64,000 bases of DNA from positions 28,768,001 to 28,832,000 of the forward strand of contig OZ287759.1 of NCBI GenBank assembly GCA_965649765.1, read 5' to 3'. Of the stretch, positions 1 to 11,453 are shown piece by piece. The DNA comes from Bispira polyomma. Taxonomy: Eukaryota. The notes beneath the pieces are model-generated. The model did not search any database. It had not been told where the DNA came from and saw only the letters and a program-made list of their open reading frames with translations. Position 1 is the first letter of the stretch. The number at the start of each line of letters is the position of its first letter. The translations under genes were made by a program, and so were the position numbers.

Positions 1-493
1 ATAAATTTGGGAGAGTGAAAATGGGTTCATTAAAATTGAATATTCAGATAATAGAGGTGCTACTGATTTTAATCTCAAGGCTGTACATATACAGCATTAA
101 CATAACTGCAATTTTACTAACTAAATCATCTTAATCAATAAATGTTTTACTAACTTATGCATAGTAGCTCTGTTCAACAAATACTCTTAAGTCACCACAT
201 AACATAACATATACAATACCCATCGTGTCATTTGATTAATCTTAAAGTTCTATGTAACCTAATATACACTCAATATTATATGTTTTGCAATGGTGCACCA
301 CATACAATTGGTATAATATAATAAATGAATAATCATTGTGTCCGATACTTGAATACTGATATGATATTTTAAAACAATTTCTAGATCTCGCCTTGCTTGA
401 TTATACTCTAGTGTTTGATTACAATACTTGGCGCATGTCTGGTATCACCAAAGTAAATGTAAATCAGTGCAGCAGTGTTTTGTGTAATCCAAA

Positions 494-601
494 GGGCCGT
501 ATTCACAAAAGGTCTTAGCCAAGGCTCAGGCTTAAATCTAGCACAAAAGTATACTGATTTAAACGTAAGACTCAGCTAAGTCCCTTAGTGAATGCAGTCC
601 C
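494..601. mobile_element. Short MITE (PIF/Harbinger-like termini)
   Basis: Imperfect terminal inverted repeats gggccgtattcac ... gtgaatgcagtccc enclosing a partly palindromic ~108 bp; similar ends recur near 35215-35362 and 39810-39838. Confidence 0.5.
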
Positions 602-1783
602 AGGTGACAAACAAACCAAAGAGTATATTGCAAATTAATAAGTAAAGTTAGACTGTTTTGCTTTATTTGAGCTCATATTCATCTATAAACATGGATACGT
701 GGGGTATGCATTGTTCATATAGCAAATACCTTTTCGTCTGACCAATAAAGCACAGATTATTGCTTAAATTGCCTAAATAGGAAGTGCAATTATCAAAAAA
801 GCTAACTGCTATGACTGAATAATTAACTGATCTACATTAAAAGAAAAATTTTAAGATTTCAATATTTATGATCTTATTTTACAAGACTTTGGTGGAACAA
901 ATCAATGGCGAAGACAATACGTTCATTTGAAAACGGTTAAAAAGTAGGGTGTATACTAGTTGCAAACTGGGTCACATACCTTAATTTTTTAAGGTCCTTA
1001 AAAACTTGATCAGTTTTGACTGTAGCTCAGTTAGCAGTAGCCCACAAGAGCAATGGTTAGGATGAAATAATGTATTAGTGTAATCAAGAAGCAATTGTTC
1101 AGTAAAATGTCACACAAATACTTCTGAATTATTCTAACGTTGTAAATTTTAAAACGTCATATTTGAATGGCTTACCACATGAAAACTACTTCCAAGGACT
1201 GTTATACTACTGCTTCATTTAACTTTTTAACAAAGATAATATAAGATGCTAATGTGATATAGTGGTTCCCATCCAACCTAGTTGAGATGGGTCCTATGAC
1301 AGATGTGCATTACTAAAAAAGAGGTAAAACTAAGGCTCCGAAGTGTCGTTAAATATTTTAAAATGTAGTTTATCGTAAATATTACCCAATGAATAACTTG
1401 ATAAGGTATAACTTGAAATAAGTAAAATAATGGCCAATTATACACGTTTTGTCAATTAAACATGTTACAAAACAGAAAGCCAAAAATTTATTTCCGGTTT
1501 ATGTTTGGATGTAAACACAGCAAACAATGGCTGAATTTTAATTGGTTTTCTATTTAGTTTATAGTTTATTAATAAAAAGTGATATTAGGGCGATTTATAA
1601 AGTGATTGTTGGATATATTTTTGTATTTTAAAATTTGAAGCGATTATAAGTTTACTTAAATTTGGGGCTGGTAGTTGTCACTATTCCTATCGCCACTAAA
1701 TAACCAGCTAGTTGTAACTTCCCTATGCTTAACATGATAAAAGAAGAGTATTGGTTGCATGCTTTTATAGACTGGTAACCATT

Positions 1784-1943
1784 CTAGGTTAGCTGAGCAC
1801 TATGTATGATGTGAAACTTTTCCTTAGTCTGGCCTGTCTCCAATTCTAGTTGTCGGGATGCCCAGTCCGGCTCCAGATTCAACAAATCCACGTAGACCTG
1901 GATTGATTTGCCTTCAGAGTAGTATCCTTCTACCCAGGGAATC
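1784..1943 (-). CDS. Grindelwald-like TNF receptor, coding exon 4 (last; cytoplasmic C-terminus)
   Basis: Acceptor ttttttctatcttccag|G at 1944/1943; phase 2 matches the exon 3 donor; open frame (K)IPWVEGYYSEGKSIQVYVDLLNLEPDWASRQLELETGQTKEKFHIIHSAQLT then TAG at 1786-1784. Confidence 0.75.
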
Positions 1944-2244
1944 CTGGAAGATAGAAAAAAGAACAGACGGTTAGATCATAGGATACAATCACTCATTTCA
2001 AAAATTATCCCAAAAATTACCTTTTCAGACTGGCCTACCACCCCCTCCTCAGTCTCTTTCCTGCTAGATATGCTTTTATGGTAACAACCTCTTGCTCGGA
2101 TTTTGAACTGCCCTTTTGGGATTTCAGCGCCTTAGAGGATGTTCTAATCAATTTGGCACTATATAAATGCTTAAGTTGTTGTTAATAATTAAATTAGATT
2201 TGGTAGGGTTTAATGACACATTAAACACGGTTGTGTCATATCAT

Positions 2245-5200
2245 ATAAGTTGAGTTTCCAGTTGGAGCGGTGTCTTATTGAAAAATTTAAAAAATGAATA
2301 AATCTAGTCTGTTATACCCACGTTTCGGCTTTCGTGTTACTTTTGTGAAAACGATAATCTATTATCGCCCATTACTACTATATATTGTCTTTTGTTTTTT
2401 GTGCTTGGTACACTATATTGAACCATCATGTTCACTTTTAGTGCTTGGTGCGCCTTTTTGTACCTTCACGCAATTATTTTACTCCTTGTTTCTTTCTAAA
2501 TCACTTTGTTCACACTTTTACCTTTTTTCATTATTGTTTTTGACTCCTCCCCTTACAATATGTTTGCCATTAGGGCTGCCATCTTGTACCTGTCCTTCCT
2601 TCTGTTCTGTTACCGCAACAACTCTAAACTATCTGATACATTGTCAAAGCCATACCACCTGGTAGACATTAATTTGTCTTGCCATCCGGTTCTACACTTC
2701 TGGTCTCTTCATACACACTGTTATTTTCGGCTAAAACATTCAAACTTATTACGACCTTACTGGCAGTGGATGTCGCAAGTAACCCTGGCCCAATTCAATT
2801 CGGATTTAGAAATGCCCGCTCGTTGTGGAATAAAGGCCCTGTCATTGCATCCCAGAATTACATACCAGGAGTTATGATACTCCATTGTTTCACTCTGACC
2901 TTAAAACAGGCTTTTTTATCAAGACGAACTATGAATGTGTCAATTAGTTGATACACCTAGTTTTACATCTTTCAAATTCATCCTTGTCTCTGCTGACTGG
3001 AAAACGCACTGTTTTAATTTTGCAACAGTCTATCGGCCTCCTGGTTCAAATCTCACTTTATTTTTCAAAGAATTCATGTCCTTTGTTGGGTTTACTTGCT
3101 TGTTACCCTCTCCTACTATATTCTGTAGTGATTTCAATATCCATATGGACACCAAATCTAATAATAGTAATCATTTCTCTACAGTTCTGGAATCTTGCAA
3201 CCTTATCCAACACATAAACTTCCCTACCCATGTTCATGGGCATACACTTTTCTGCCTGCTAACACTTACTGATTTCAATGGTATCAGAAAAATAAAAAAC
3301 ATTATTTGCATCAGTGATCATTTCCTAATATCCTTCAAACTTGATGCAATCCTTTGCTGTCACACAAATCACTTTTCATCAATATCATGAAATCAACATG
3401 TCAGACTTAGACAAGAGTTGATCGATACAGCCTTCATCAAATCTCCTGTCGATAATGCTGCTGATCTATACATGCAGTACTGCGGATCTACAATCTCTTT
3501 TAGAACGCCATGCTGTATGTAAATGTAAGACATTGAAGAAGCCTGCACCTAAGTGGATCACTAGTAGATACCATGAGACGAAGATGCTGCACAGACAAGC
3601 TGAACAGACATGGCGCCAAAACAAAACTATCACGAATAAATGCATCACCAGGTGCAATAACACCATCAATGATTCCAAATGTGCATACTAAACCAACATG
3701 ATCACACAAAGTGAGGGTGATTTGAAGAAACTTTGGGAGAAATTAAACAGCACCCTCCACCGTAAAAACAGAATATACTCCCGCAAAATACCAATAGTAA
3801 ATCACTATTTTTAGTTATTTTTTGCTGCTAAAATTACCAGAATTTGTGACGGTTTTATATTAGCTGCCCCAAATGCTCCTTTACCATCAGCTCCACCAAC
3901 CATCTTCAACTGTTTCTCCATAGTAACTGTTGATAAAGTCAGAAAAATTATACTTACAGCAGCCGTAAAATCTTGCTTGTTAGATCCGTGGCCTACATTT
4001 TATTGCCCTCAATCATCAAACTTATCAACCTCTTATTGGTCAATGGCGTCTTTCAAAATGATTTTAAAAAGGCCATTGTCACTCCTATAGGAAAAAAAAC
4101 CTTCTCTTCCAAAGGCTGACTTGAAAAATTACTTTGCTATATCTCTAAGTTGGTAGAACGCGCGTTGGCCTTACAGTTCAAACAACATCTTGATGTCAGT
4201 AATCCATTCGATAAGTAGGGGTGAGACAGGGTGCCCGGTTACCCGATAACGAGCCGAATTTTTGGGGAAACCGCAGCGAAATTGCAATTCGGGAACTCGA
4301 AAACGTATAAGTTTTATAGAGAAAATCTGTCATTATTGCGTATAATTCTAATTCCCTTTGCAAAAACAATAAATTTGGTCTGATTTCTGCTCCCAACATA
4401 CGTTTTCCTTCTAATTTCCAAAATTCCCCCAGATATTTGCCTTTATTTTTTGATAGTTTTTGTTTATATCTGCCGCCATTTTCTTAGACTGGTTTCTGAG
4501 ATTGGTGCATACTAAATTCGCGGGTACCCGGATTCGAAACGGTTAGACGCTACCGATTATTTGGGCCGCTTTTTTAGGGCTCGTCTCACCCCTACCAATA
4601 AGTATCAGTCAGCGTACAAAGGTGATCATTCTACTGGGACTGCACTACTCTGCATCAAAAATGATGTTCATATATCTTTATCTAAAATTATGCATACTTT
4701 TACAACACTTAGTACAACACTCACTGGATTGCAGTGTGGCCAAAACTCCTAAATTTTCTCACATTACTCCTGTACTCAAGTCACTTCACTGGCTCTCAAT
4801 ATATTATTGTGGTGCTTTCAAAAATGTAACAATTTTATACAAATTTTCTAAATTCTGGATTACCCACTTATTTCAGCCCCCATACCTATCCCAATATACT
4901 TGCTCAGTCAGGATTAGGCACAGTAACCCTGATAAAATTATATCTCAAGATTCCCACTTTTGACCCATGCATCAACAAATACGAAGTACATTTCAATCAT
5001 TGCCTTGCTCATGATGGCCCCTTCATATGGAACAGCCTGCCTGATCATGTTCGCCTGGCTCAAACTCTCTCCTCTTTCAGGAGAAGCTGAATGCCTACCT
5101 TTTTGAATAGGCCTTTCCACCTTAGCCGTCGCAACCGTTTCAGTAATTTTTCCGAGTTACAACTTCCATTGGTCCACCAATTTTGGGTTTTTGATTAACG

Positions 5201-5279
5201 CTTAAGTTTATTGCACCTTAGAATTCGTTGTACGCAGAGTAGGTGCTCTAAAAGTACGACAAGATTAGAGACTAGATTA
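2245..5279 (+). mobile_element. Degenerate L2/CR1-clade non-LTR retrotransposon (APE endonuclease + partial RT)
   Basis: Fragmented frames contain GFRNARSLWNK, TVYRPP, SDFNIH, FPTHVHGHT, ISDHFLI (APE); KSCLLDPWP, QSAYKGDHSTGTALL (RT N-part); HITPVLKSLHWL (L2/CR1 C-terminus); ATTAG-type tail at ~5263-5280; many stops and frameshifts. Confidence 0.9.
4216..4594. mobile_element. hAT-like MITE inserted in the LINE RT region
   Basis: Perfect 12-bp TIR TAGGGGTGAGAC / GTCTCACCCCTA; flanking 8-mers tcgataag / ccaataag (6/8 match, decayed TSD); LINE RT-like frame resumes immediately after. Confidence 0.8.
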
Positions 5280-5386
5280 GACGGATAGTTCACTGATGGA
5301 GAAACAGGGTAGATGGTCAAGGTTTTCTGCTCTGCAAAACCCTCGGCATTTAACAAGTCTCCAGCCAACTTTCACACGTACAGGAG

Positions 5387-5645
5387 GGGGGCCGCGGTGG
5401 CATAGTGGTTAGCAAGCATTGCGCTTCACAATCACTGGTCTCTCACCTCTGGGCGGCGTTAGTTCGGCTCCCGTCGATGCCTATGTGGGAAAGGTGGTAG
5501 TTCCTTACTGTGGGCCGCTGGTTTCAGTGCAGAACCTTGATCAACTGTATGCAATGTTTCCTCCAGCGTTTCTAACTACCCGTCCCAATATAACCTGAAC
5601 AGGTACTAGAGTGGACGTTAAAAATCCCAATTCAAATTCAAATTG
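5387..5645 (+). mobile_element. tRNA-derived SINE (young copy, Meta-core-like)
   Basis: tRNA-like head (ggtggcatagtggttag, gttcggctccc), caaatt tail, TSD-like acac(g/a)tacagg on both sides; highly similar to 47455-47703. Confidence 0.85.
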
Positions 5646-6799
5646 ACACATACAGGCCAGGACCAACAATGTTTTACGGCAGAGGTAGTGCTACAGTGGG
5701 TTTGGAATGTCATTAGTTGGTTTCAACTGGTTTTAAAGAATGAGACAAATGTAAGGGAAAAAGTTAAAACAAAAAAGTGAACAGACCCTTTACCATATTA
5801 AGTTTATGTGGTAAATGTGGTCTTATTATGAAATACAACACATGAATGAGACTTCTCAACTAATGACGAGAAAGAAAACAACTTTCGTTCAAACTTTGTA
5901 TTAAACTTAATTCTGACACAAACAACTGACTTTGAAGATATCTCACAGGTTTTTGGTTTTATTCAATAAAAGAAACTGGTTTTCCATTTATAACTTTAGG
6001 TAGAGAAGGGAGGTGGGCGTGTAAGGTTGCAATTTCGCAGAAAAAACTTTAAAAACTTATACTTTGTACTAATATAAAAGTGGAACCTGTATGGTGTTTA
6101 CTTCAATTTTCCACTCCTCCACTTTATGAGTTTATGGTTCTATGAATATGTTGGCATGCTGATAAAGTCTATGTTGTATTCGTTTGCCAAATTAGGTCTT
6201 GGCATTTTCTATAACTAATAGGATATGTTCGTCTACCTCTCCAAAATTGTTTAGCAATGTGGAAGGCTAGAGATTGATTGTAGTATATAAGGAAGTAAAT
6301 AAGTTGTATAAAAGTAGAGTTCTAATAAAAAGTTTGTACACAATTTACACAGTGGAGTTTTAGCCAAACATTGTTATCAAAATGAGGGTCTCATATATCA
6401 TTTATGACAGTTGGCACAGTGTGTGTACATAAATCTGAAGGCTAAACGTTTTTAGAAAATGTGGCTTTGTAATACTATGGTTGGCTTAATTACTGGAAAA
6501 TTAATTCAAGAAACAGTCACAATTTAAATCTGCACTTATTTGTTTGTCAACCATATTACAAATGGTAATCAGCAGAAAACCAGTTTTAACTGAATTATTT
6601 CAAAAACATTTTAGTCTAGCTAACTTTTAATGCTAAGTATTAAGTATTGAACTCTGATCCATTTCCTTCGGAAGCTTTAGCCTTCTATGATGTTTCCCCA
6701 TACCTCAAAAAATTACATTGGCTACCAATTGATTATCCAATTCTGATTAAAATCTATATCACGACTTTAAAAGTTGTTGTCTCTGCTTTGCTTTGCCAC

Positions 6800-7010
6800 T
6801 CGCTTTTCCTTCAGTAGCCTCAAGAGAGGTAAGAAACTTTTTGCATCCCCTGTAAAACCCACTAAGAGGGTTGCCTTAGAATTTTTTCCATCGCTGCCAC
6901 TATGTTATGGAATAGTCTCCCAATTTAGCTTAGGTCACTAGAAACGCTTATTGGGTTTAGGAAAATTCTTAAAACCTATCTCTTCAAACTAACTTACCAC
7001 TGCTGGTCCT
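6800..7010 (+). repeat. L2-type LINE 3' fragment
   Basis: LWNSLP...FRKILKTYLF-like segment (tggaatagtctccc...aaaacctatctcttc); related pieces at ~2030, 17750-17860(-), 44590-44700(-), 44880-45020, 48070-48150, 59750-59850. Confidence 0.7.
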
Positions 7011-7451
7011 GCCCTGTATAACCCCATATCCTTTTACTCAAATGAAGACTCAATGTGAAAATCCTTGTACATAGAATAAGCCTATACTGATGACCATTCA
7101 TTGAAACAGAAATTTCAGCGCTGAATTCAAATGTGCAGTGGGTACTTTATATGAGCTTTCGTTGAACATGGGTAGATATTTTGAAAATATAGACAACACC
7201 GGAATTCACCACATATAGGATATGTGACAATTATTAAGTGCCACTCATATCTTAGCCAAATTGATAACACAACTAGACTCGATGCAAATTTCAGACCATA
7301 GCTCCCTATCATTTCTAAGATTAACTTGTTGACACCATTTGTACACCTTCTTCCCCACTTGTACACCTTCTCTATCTTTCCAAACTGCGGTAAATCATGA
7401 GAGTGACGTCACTGGAAGTGATGGCATTCTCATGCAATAAGAGGTACTTAC

Positions 7452-7578
7452 TTTCTTAGCTCATCATAGATGTGCTTATTCTGGTGATAAGGTTTGGGTT
7501 CTGTCTTAGTTAGGGAAGGCAGTGGCTCACTGAGGTAAATACTGGGTTCTGCTTCATAATCCTTTAGCATTTTTGTAT
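7452..7578 (-). CDS. Grindelwald-like TNF receptor, coding exon 3
   Basis: Acceptor tttttatttttag|AT (phase 1), donor AA|GTAAGT (phase 2); open frame (D)TKMLKDYEAEPSIYLSEPLPSLTKTEPKPYHQNKHIYDELR(K). Confidence 0.8.
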
Positions 7579-8054
7579 CTAAAAATAAAAAAACACACAG
7601 ATTTCCATATGTCTAGGCATGTCATCAATTTAGTGAGATACTCAAATATGCAGTCATATTTTAGATATAATATTGTACACAAGGATACTTAGAAATAAAG
7701 GATACTTAGTTATACCCCAGGGTATAACTTTTCCGCCAAAAGAGAAGAATGATTATGTCAGGTTAGATTGCCAAAATATATTATTATCACAGTAGCATGT
7801 TTTCTATGCAAAAATTTGTACTTTATGCTACATTTTCATACTACTGGATCTATTGTCATTATTATTATCTTCTTTTGCACACATACTATTGAAATACCCA
7901 TACATTCTAGTTTTAAAAAACCTCAAAAACAAATTCAACTATTAAAAGAAAGTAACACTTCTCTTACAAGCTCATTTATCTTATAATGAAAGCAGGATTA
8001 TGAAAACCTTCTTTCAAGCAATACAAAGAATCTCTTAAAAGGTTCTAGACTCAC

Positions 8055-8858
8055 CTTCTCCGTGCTTTTCAACAGGGTTGGGATCGCTGCTACTCTTGTT
8101 GTCAGTCAATCCACTTCGATTTTTCTCACACAAAGGTTTAGTGGCCTCCAGGTTACTTCTCCGTTCTTGAGAAGTATGGTCAAATTTAGAAGCAGAACTT
8201 ATTTTGCTGCTTGGCTCACCATTTCCGCTCTTTGGCTCAGATGTTCCGACATCCTGTGACCCAAGAACTTTCGTGCCATGTGGTTCACTGTTTGCTCTGC
8301 TTTGCTGCTCATATATACTGCTCTGTGAACCATGGTTTTGACTTCTTCTTTCTGGGTCTGACTGGTGGCTGCTCCTACCTGGCTTGCAGTCATTGCAGTT
8401 CTGATTGTTCAAAGATGCTGTTTTTCCATCAGTCTCAGCACTAGTCACTATACCACTGTCTTCTGAAGTATTGTCATTTTTGTTGTAATGGTCCATACAA
8501 TGTGATGTAGGCGGTTTGGAGGTCAGTAGGGTCACAGTTTCTTCAGGAACCTTTTTACTCTGACTTTGCGTTGTTGGGTCATTAGAGTAAACATGATTAT
8601 TGACTGTAGCATGAGCTACCTGAGATAAGCTGAGCTGTGGTTTCTTTTTCTCACATCTCTTATGTAGTAGTACAAATACCAAGATAATTAGTATTATAGA
8701 GAAAGCTATAAACAGAATTGCGATAAGGACGATCAGCAGTACAGATGAAGAGTTTGACCTTTCAGTGGTTTTGGTTTGGACTTGTATGGTAGTTGTAAAC
8801 GGAGCTGCAGTGTTGTTTGCTGTCGTTAGTTTTGACTTTCCCAATAATAGTGTGTACG
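8055..8858 (-). CDS. Grindelwald-like TNF receptor, coding exon 2 (Thr-rich stalk, TM helix, disordered tail)
   Basis: Acceptor (t)n-ccag|CG in phase with exon 1 and in frame with ORF 8035..8844; TM VLLIVLIAILFIAFSIILIILVFVLL followed by basic HKRCEKKK; donor GAAG|GTGAGT at 8055. Confidence 0.9.
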
Positions 8859-9377
8859 CTGGAAAAAAAAAAAAAATGTTTGAAAATTAACCCTTTCGCT
8901 TAGGATTTCCGAGGGATAATTCCTTGACACAGTTTGATGACATCACAAATGATGTTTTTGCAACAACTTATTACATTACAAATAGAAAATATTTGTAATA
9001 TGAACAAAATTTGATTATTACATGATATCTTTATTAGCCATTTTTTCCGATTATGATGCAAAATGTACATGTTATTTAATACCCAGTAGTGCAGTTTAAT
9101 AGAACACTGTATTATTATTATTGCTATATATTTGATATAAACTATCAAATCAACCATAGGTGAGAAGATGAGAAGTTCTATGTAAGCTACTTAATTGTCT
9201 TTTATTACATGTTGTATCTATAATTCTATCACTTTAAGAAAGGGGCCGAGTTTGTGAAAGGGCCGAGTTGGCACTATACCAGGGCAGCAAACCACATATA
9301 CATATGTATCATATTCCACCTAATTTTGTCTAATGTGAATTTATCAATAAACATTTTTCATAGATATTTATACTAAC

Positions 9378-9708
9378 CTAAGCAATGTCTGTGGCATTCA
9401 ACCTCCGAATCTTTCCCTTTATTGCATAGTCGCGAACATGGCGAGCACCTTTTAATGTTAAGGTCACAATAATATCTCTCCACGTCACACTCGGCCGATT
9501 CTTCACACTCCCGAGCATCCTCGGTTGCCAGTATTGGGGTTGCCCGAACGAACCCGCCCTTTACTGCAACTAATGTACATCCGGTTAAAATAATCGGGAC
9601 TTGGTTTGTTATTGACAACCAAGGGTTTAAATCACACTGGACTTCCAGGACAAATCCTTGAAATAATAACACGATTCCTACAATAATATATAACACTTTC
9701 TTATCCAT
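9378..9708 (-). CDS. Grindelwald-like TNF receptor, coding exon 1 (signal peptide + single cysteine-rich domain)
   Basis: Hydrophobic N-terminus MDKKVLYIIVGIVLLFQGFVL; 8-Cys motif C-x5-C-x6-C-x6-C-x2-C-x3-C-x9-C-x3-C followed by LAY after splicing; donor TTAG|GTTAGT. Confidence 0.85.
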
Positions 9709-9797
9709 GTTAGTGGTGTAACAACTGTAATAAAATGATGACCTACCACATATCTGGAACGCGTAATTTCTCCTGTGTAGACTATTTTAAGCCGTTT

Positions 9798-9848
9798 GGG
9801 TTTTCCCTAAAATATATAACCACATTGGGAATTTTTGTGGGGAATCCT
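9798..9848. promoter_or_regulatory. Cluster of NF-kB-like sites and TATA-like box upstream of the TNFR-like ATG
   Basis: GGGTTTTCCC 9798-9807, GGGAATTTTT 9827-9836, GGGGAATCCT 9839-9848, TATATA ~9813-9818, all 90-140 bp upstream of the start codon. Confidence 0.5.
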
Positions 9849-11453
9849 GGTGAACAGAACAGCGTATGTGCTAAAAACATGTATACCGGTATATACTTTA
9901 AGACGTTATGTTGCCTTATGGTTTTTTACGTTGTTTGTTTTTCTGGTTAATCATGATTTCCTCAGCAGGAGTGAGACCACTATTAATTTTGCTATACATT
10001 ATCTTATAGCCTTTTGGGCTATACTAAAGTCCGGCGAAGTGCTGGCCCTACAAATCATATATCAAATTAAACATCAATCTTAGCCTGACATTTCAGTATA
10101 AATGAAAACAGGTCTGAACTGTTGATTTTTTGAGATATCTTGAAAAATATAGGACTAGGTGATTTCCTGTTAAATCCAAGATGGCCGAACATTTCAGAAA
10201 GGCTCTTAAACAAATAGCTTCTGAAGATTTATCTCAGTGAATTAGCTTTCGGAATGCATTTGAAATTGTTAGGTAGTCATTCCCCTTTAATATCTGTGAA
10301 TATTCACCAAAGTTATAAATGTTTACTGCTTTTATGAATTTTAGTTGCAACCCTATCCATTATTTTCGTTTCTACCTTAAATACTCTGTAACCAGGAAGC
10401 TGGAAATAGTAAAATCACTCCAGCATACATAAATATATTTGCAGATTAATTTAAGGCAAGTAGAATTTAATGAATTGATGATTAATTGTTTCTAGTTTAA
10501 TAGTACAAAAGATAAAATACAACAGGATACATACCAAAGTTTATGTTTTCTGTAAGAAACAGGAAAAATATAACAATGGATTTGTGAAAATATGATATAT
10601 TCTCAAATCTAGCGAACAAAAAGCCACAGAGATGTTTCTGTAAAACTTATGGCTGGGCAACAGATTGAATGTGGAAGACATATATGAGTGAATATAAGAC
10701 AAGGACCATTCACCAGAGATTTTACAACATACAAATAACTATATCTCCAACCACGATATGTCAATCTGCAAAGTACTTATTTATATTACATAGTCCAGAA
10801 GTAATATTGGAGAGGTCAATGTTTGGCAATCACCTCAATTCCCTTAATAAATTTGGCTGTCGTGATATGACCTGTTTTATTAGCTGTTAAAATTGACGTA
10901 AAGCTCAACTAAATTAAAATTCAACTCTTCCCTTTATGCTGATAATTGGAACAATTTATATTAGCTAATATGTTTGTAAAGCAACCTACTTTATTGTTGA
11001 ACCAATAAAGAAAATGGGGTGTTTTTGATATATGTATAAGTTTATGCAAATTTTTTATTGTTAATTATCCTACCAGTTAAGTAAATGTTAAGATGACAGA
11101 CAAGAAAGCAACAACAAAAAGATCGACTAATCAAAACATTGAACACACAATTCAAAACATCTGCTGTGGTATACAATAAAGAGCACTTTATTCTGTACAT
11201 AAAAAAATGTAACATTATTTCAGCTGATTAAGATTAAATTAGACTCTCTAGAGTCTCTTAAAATGAGGATATCAGATTAAACTTTAGTAAAATCACCCTT
11301 GTTCATTCATGTTGTATTGTTTATTTGAACATTCCAGAGTTTCTCTGTCATTCTTTATTAACAACACTTTACCTACACAGAGCTAAATGAAGATTAATTT
11401 ATTATCATTACATACAACTACCATCACAGACTAGATTATCGCATTATTATTGA

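Noticed and set aside
8035-8054. ORF-track C-terminus ESRTF* of the receptor
   Set aside because: Read-through into the intron past a consensus GAAG|GTGAGT donor; downstream exons continue in phase
1784-8640. Death domain in the TNFR-like tail
   Set aside because: The tail is mostly low-complexity S/T/E/K sequence; the last exon is too short and lacks a six-helix death-domain pattern
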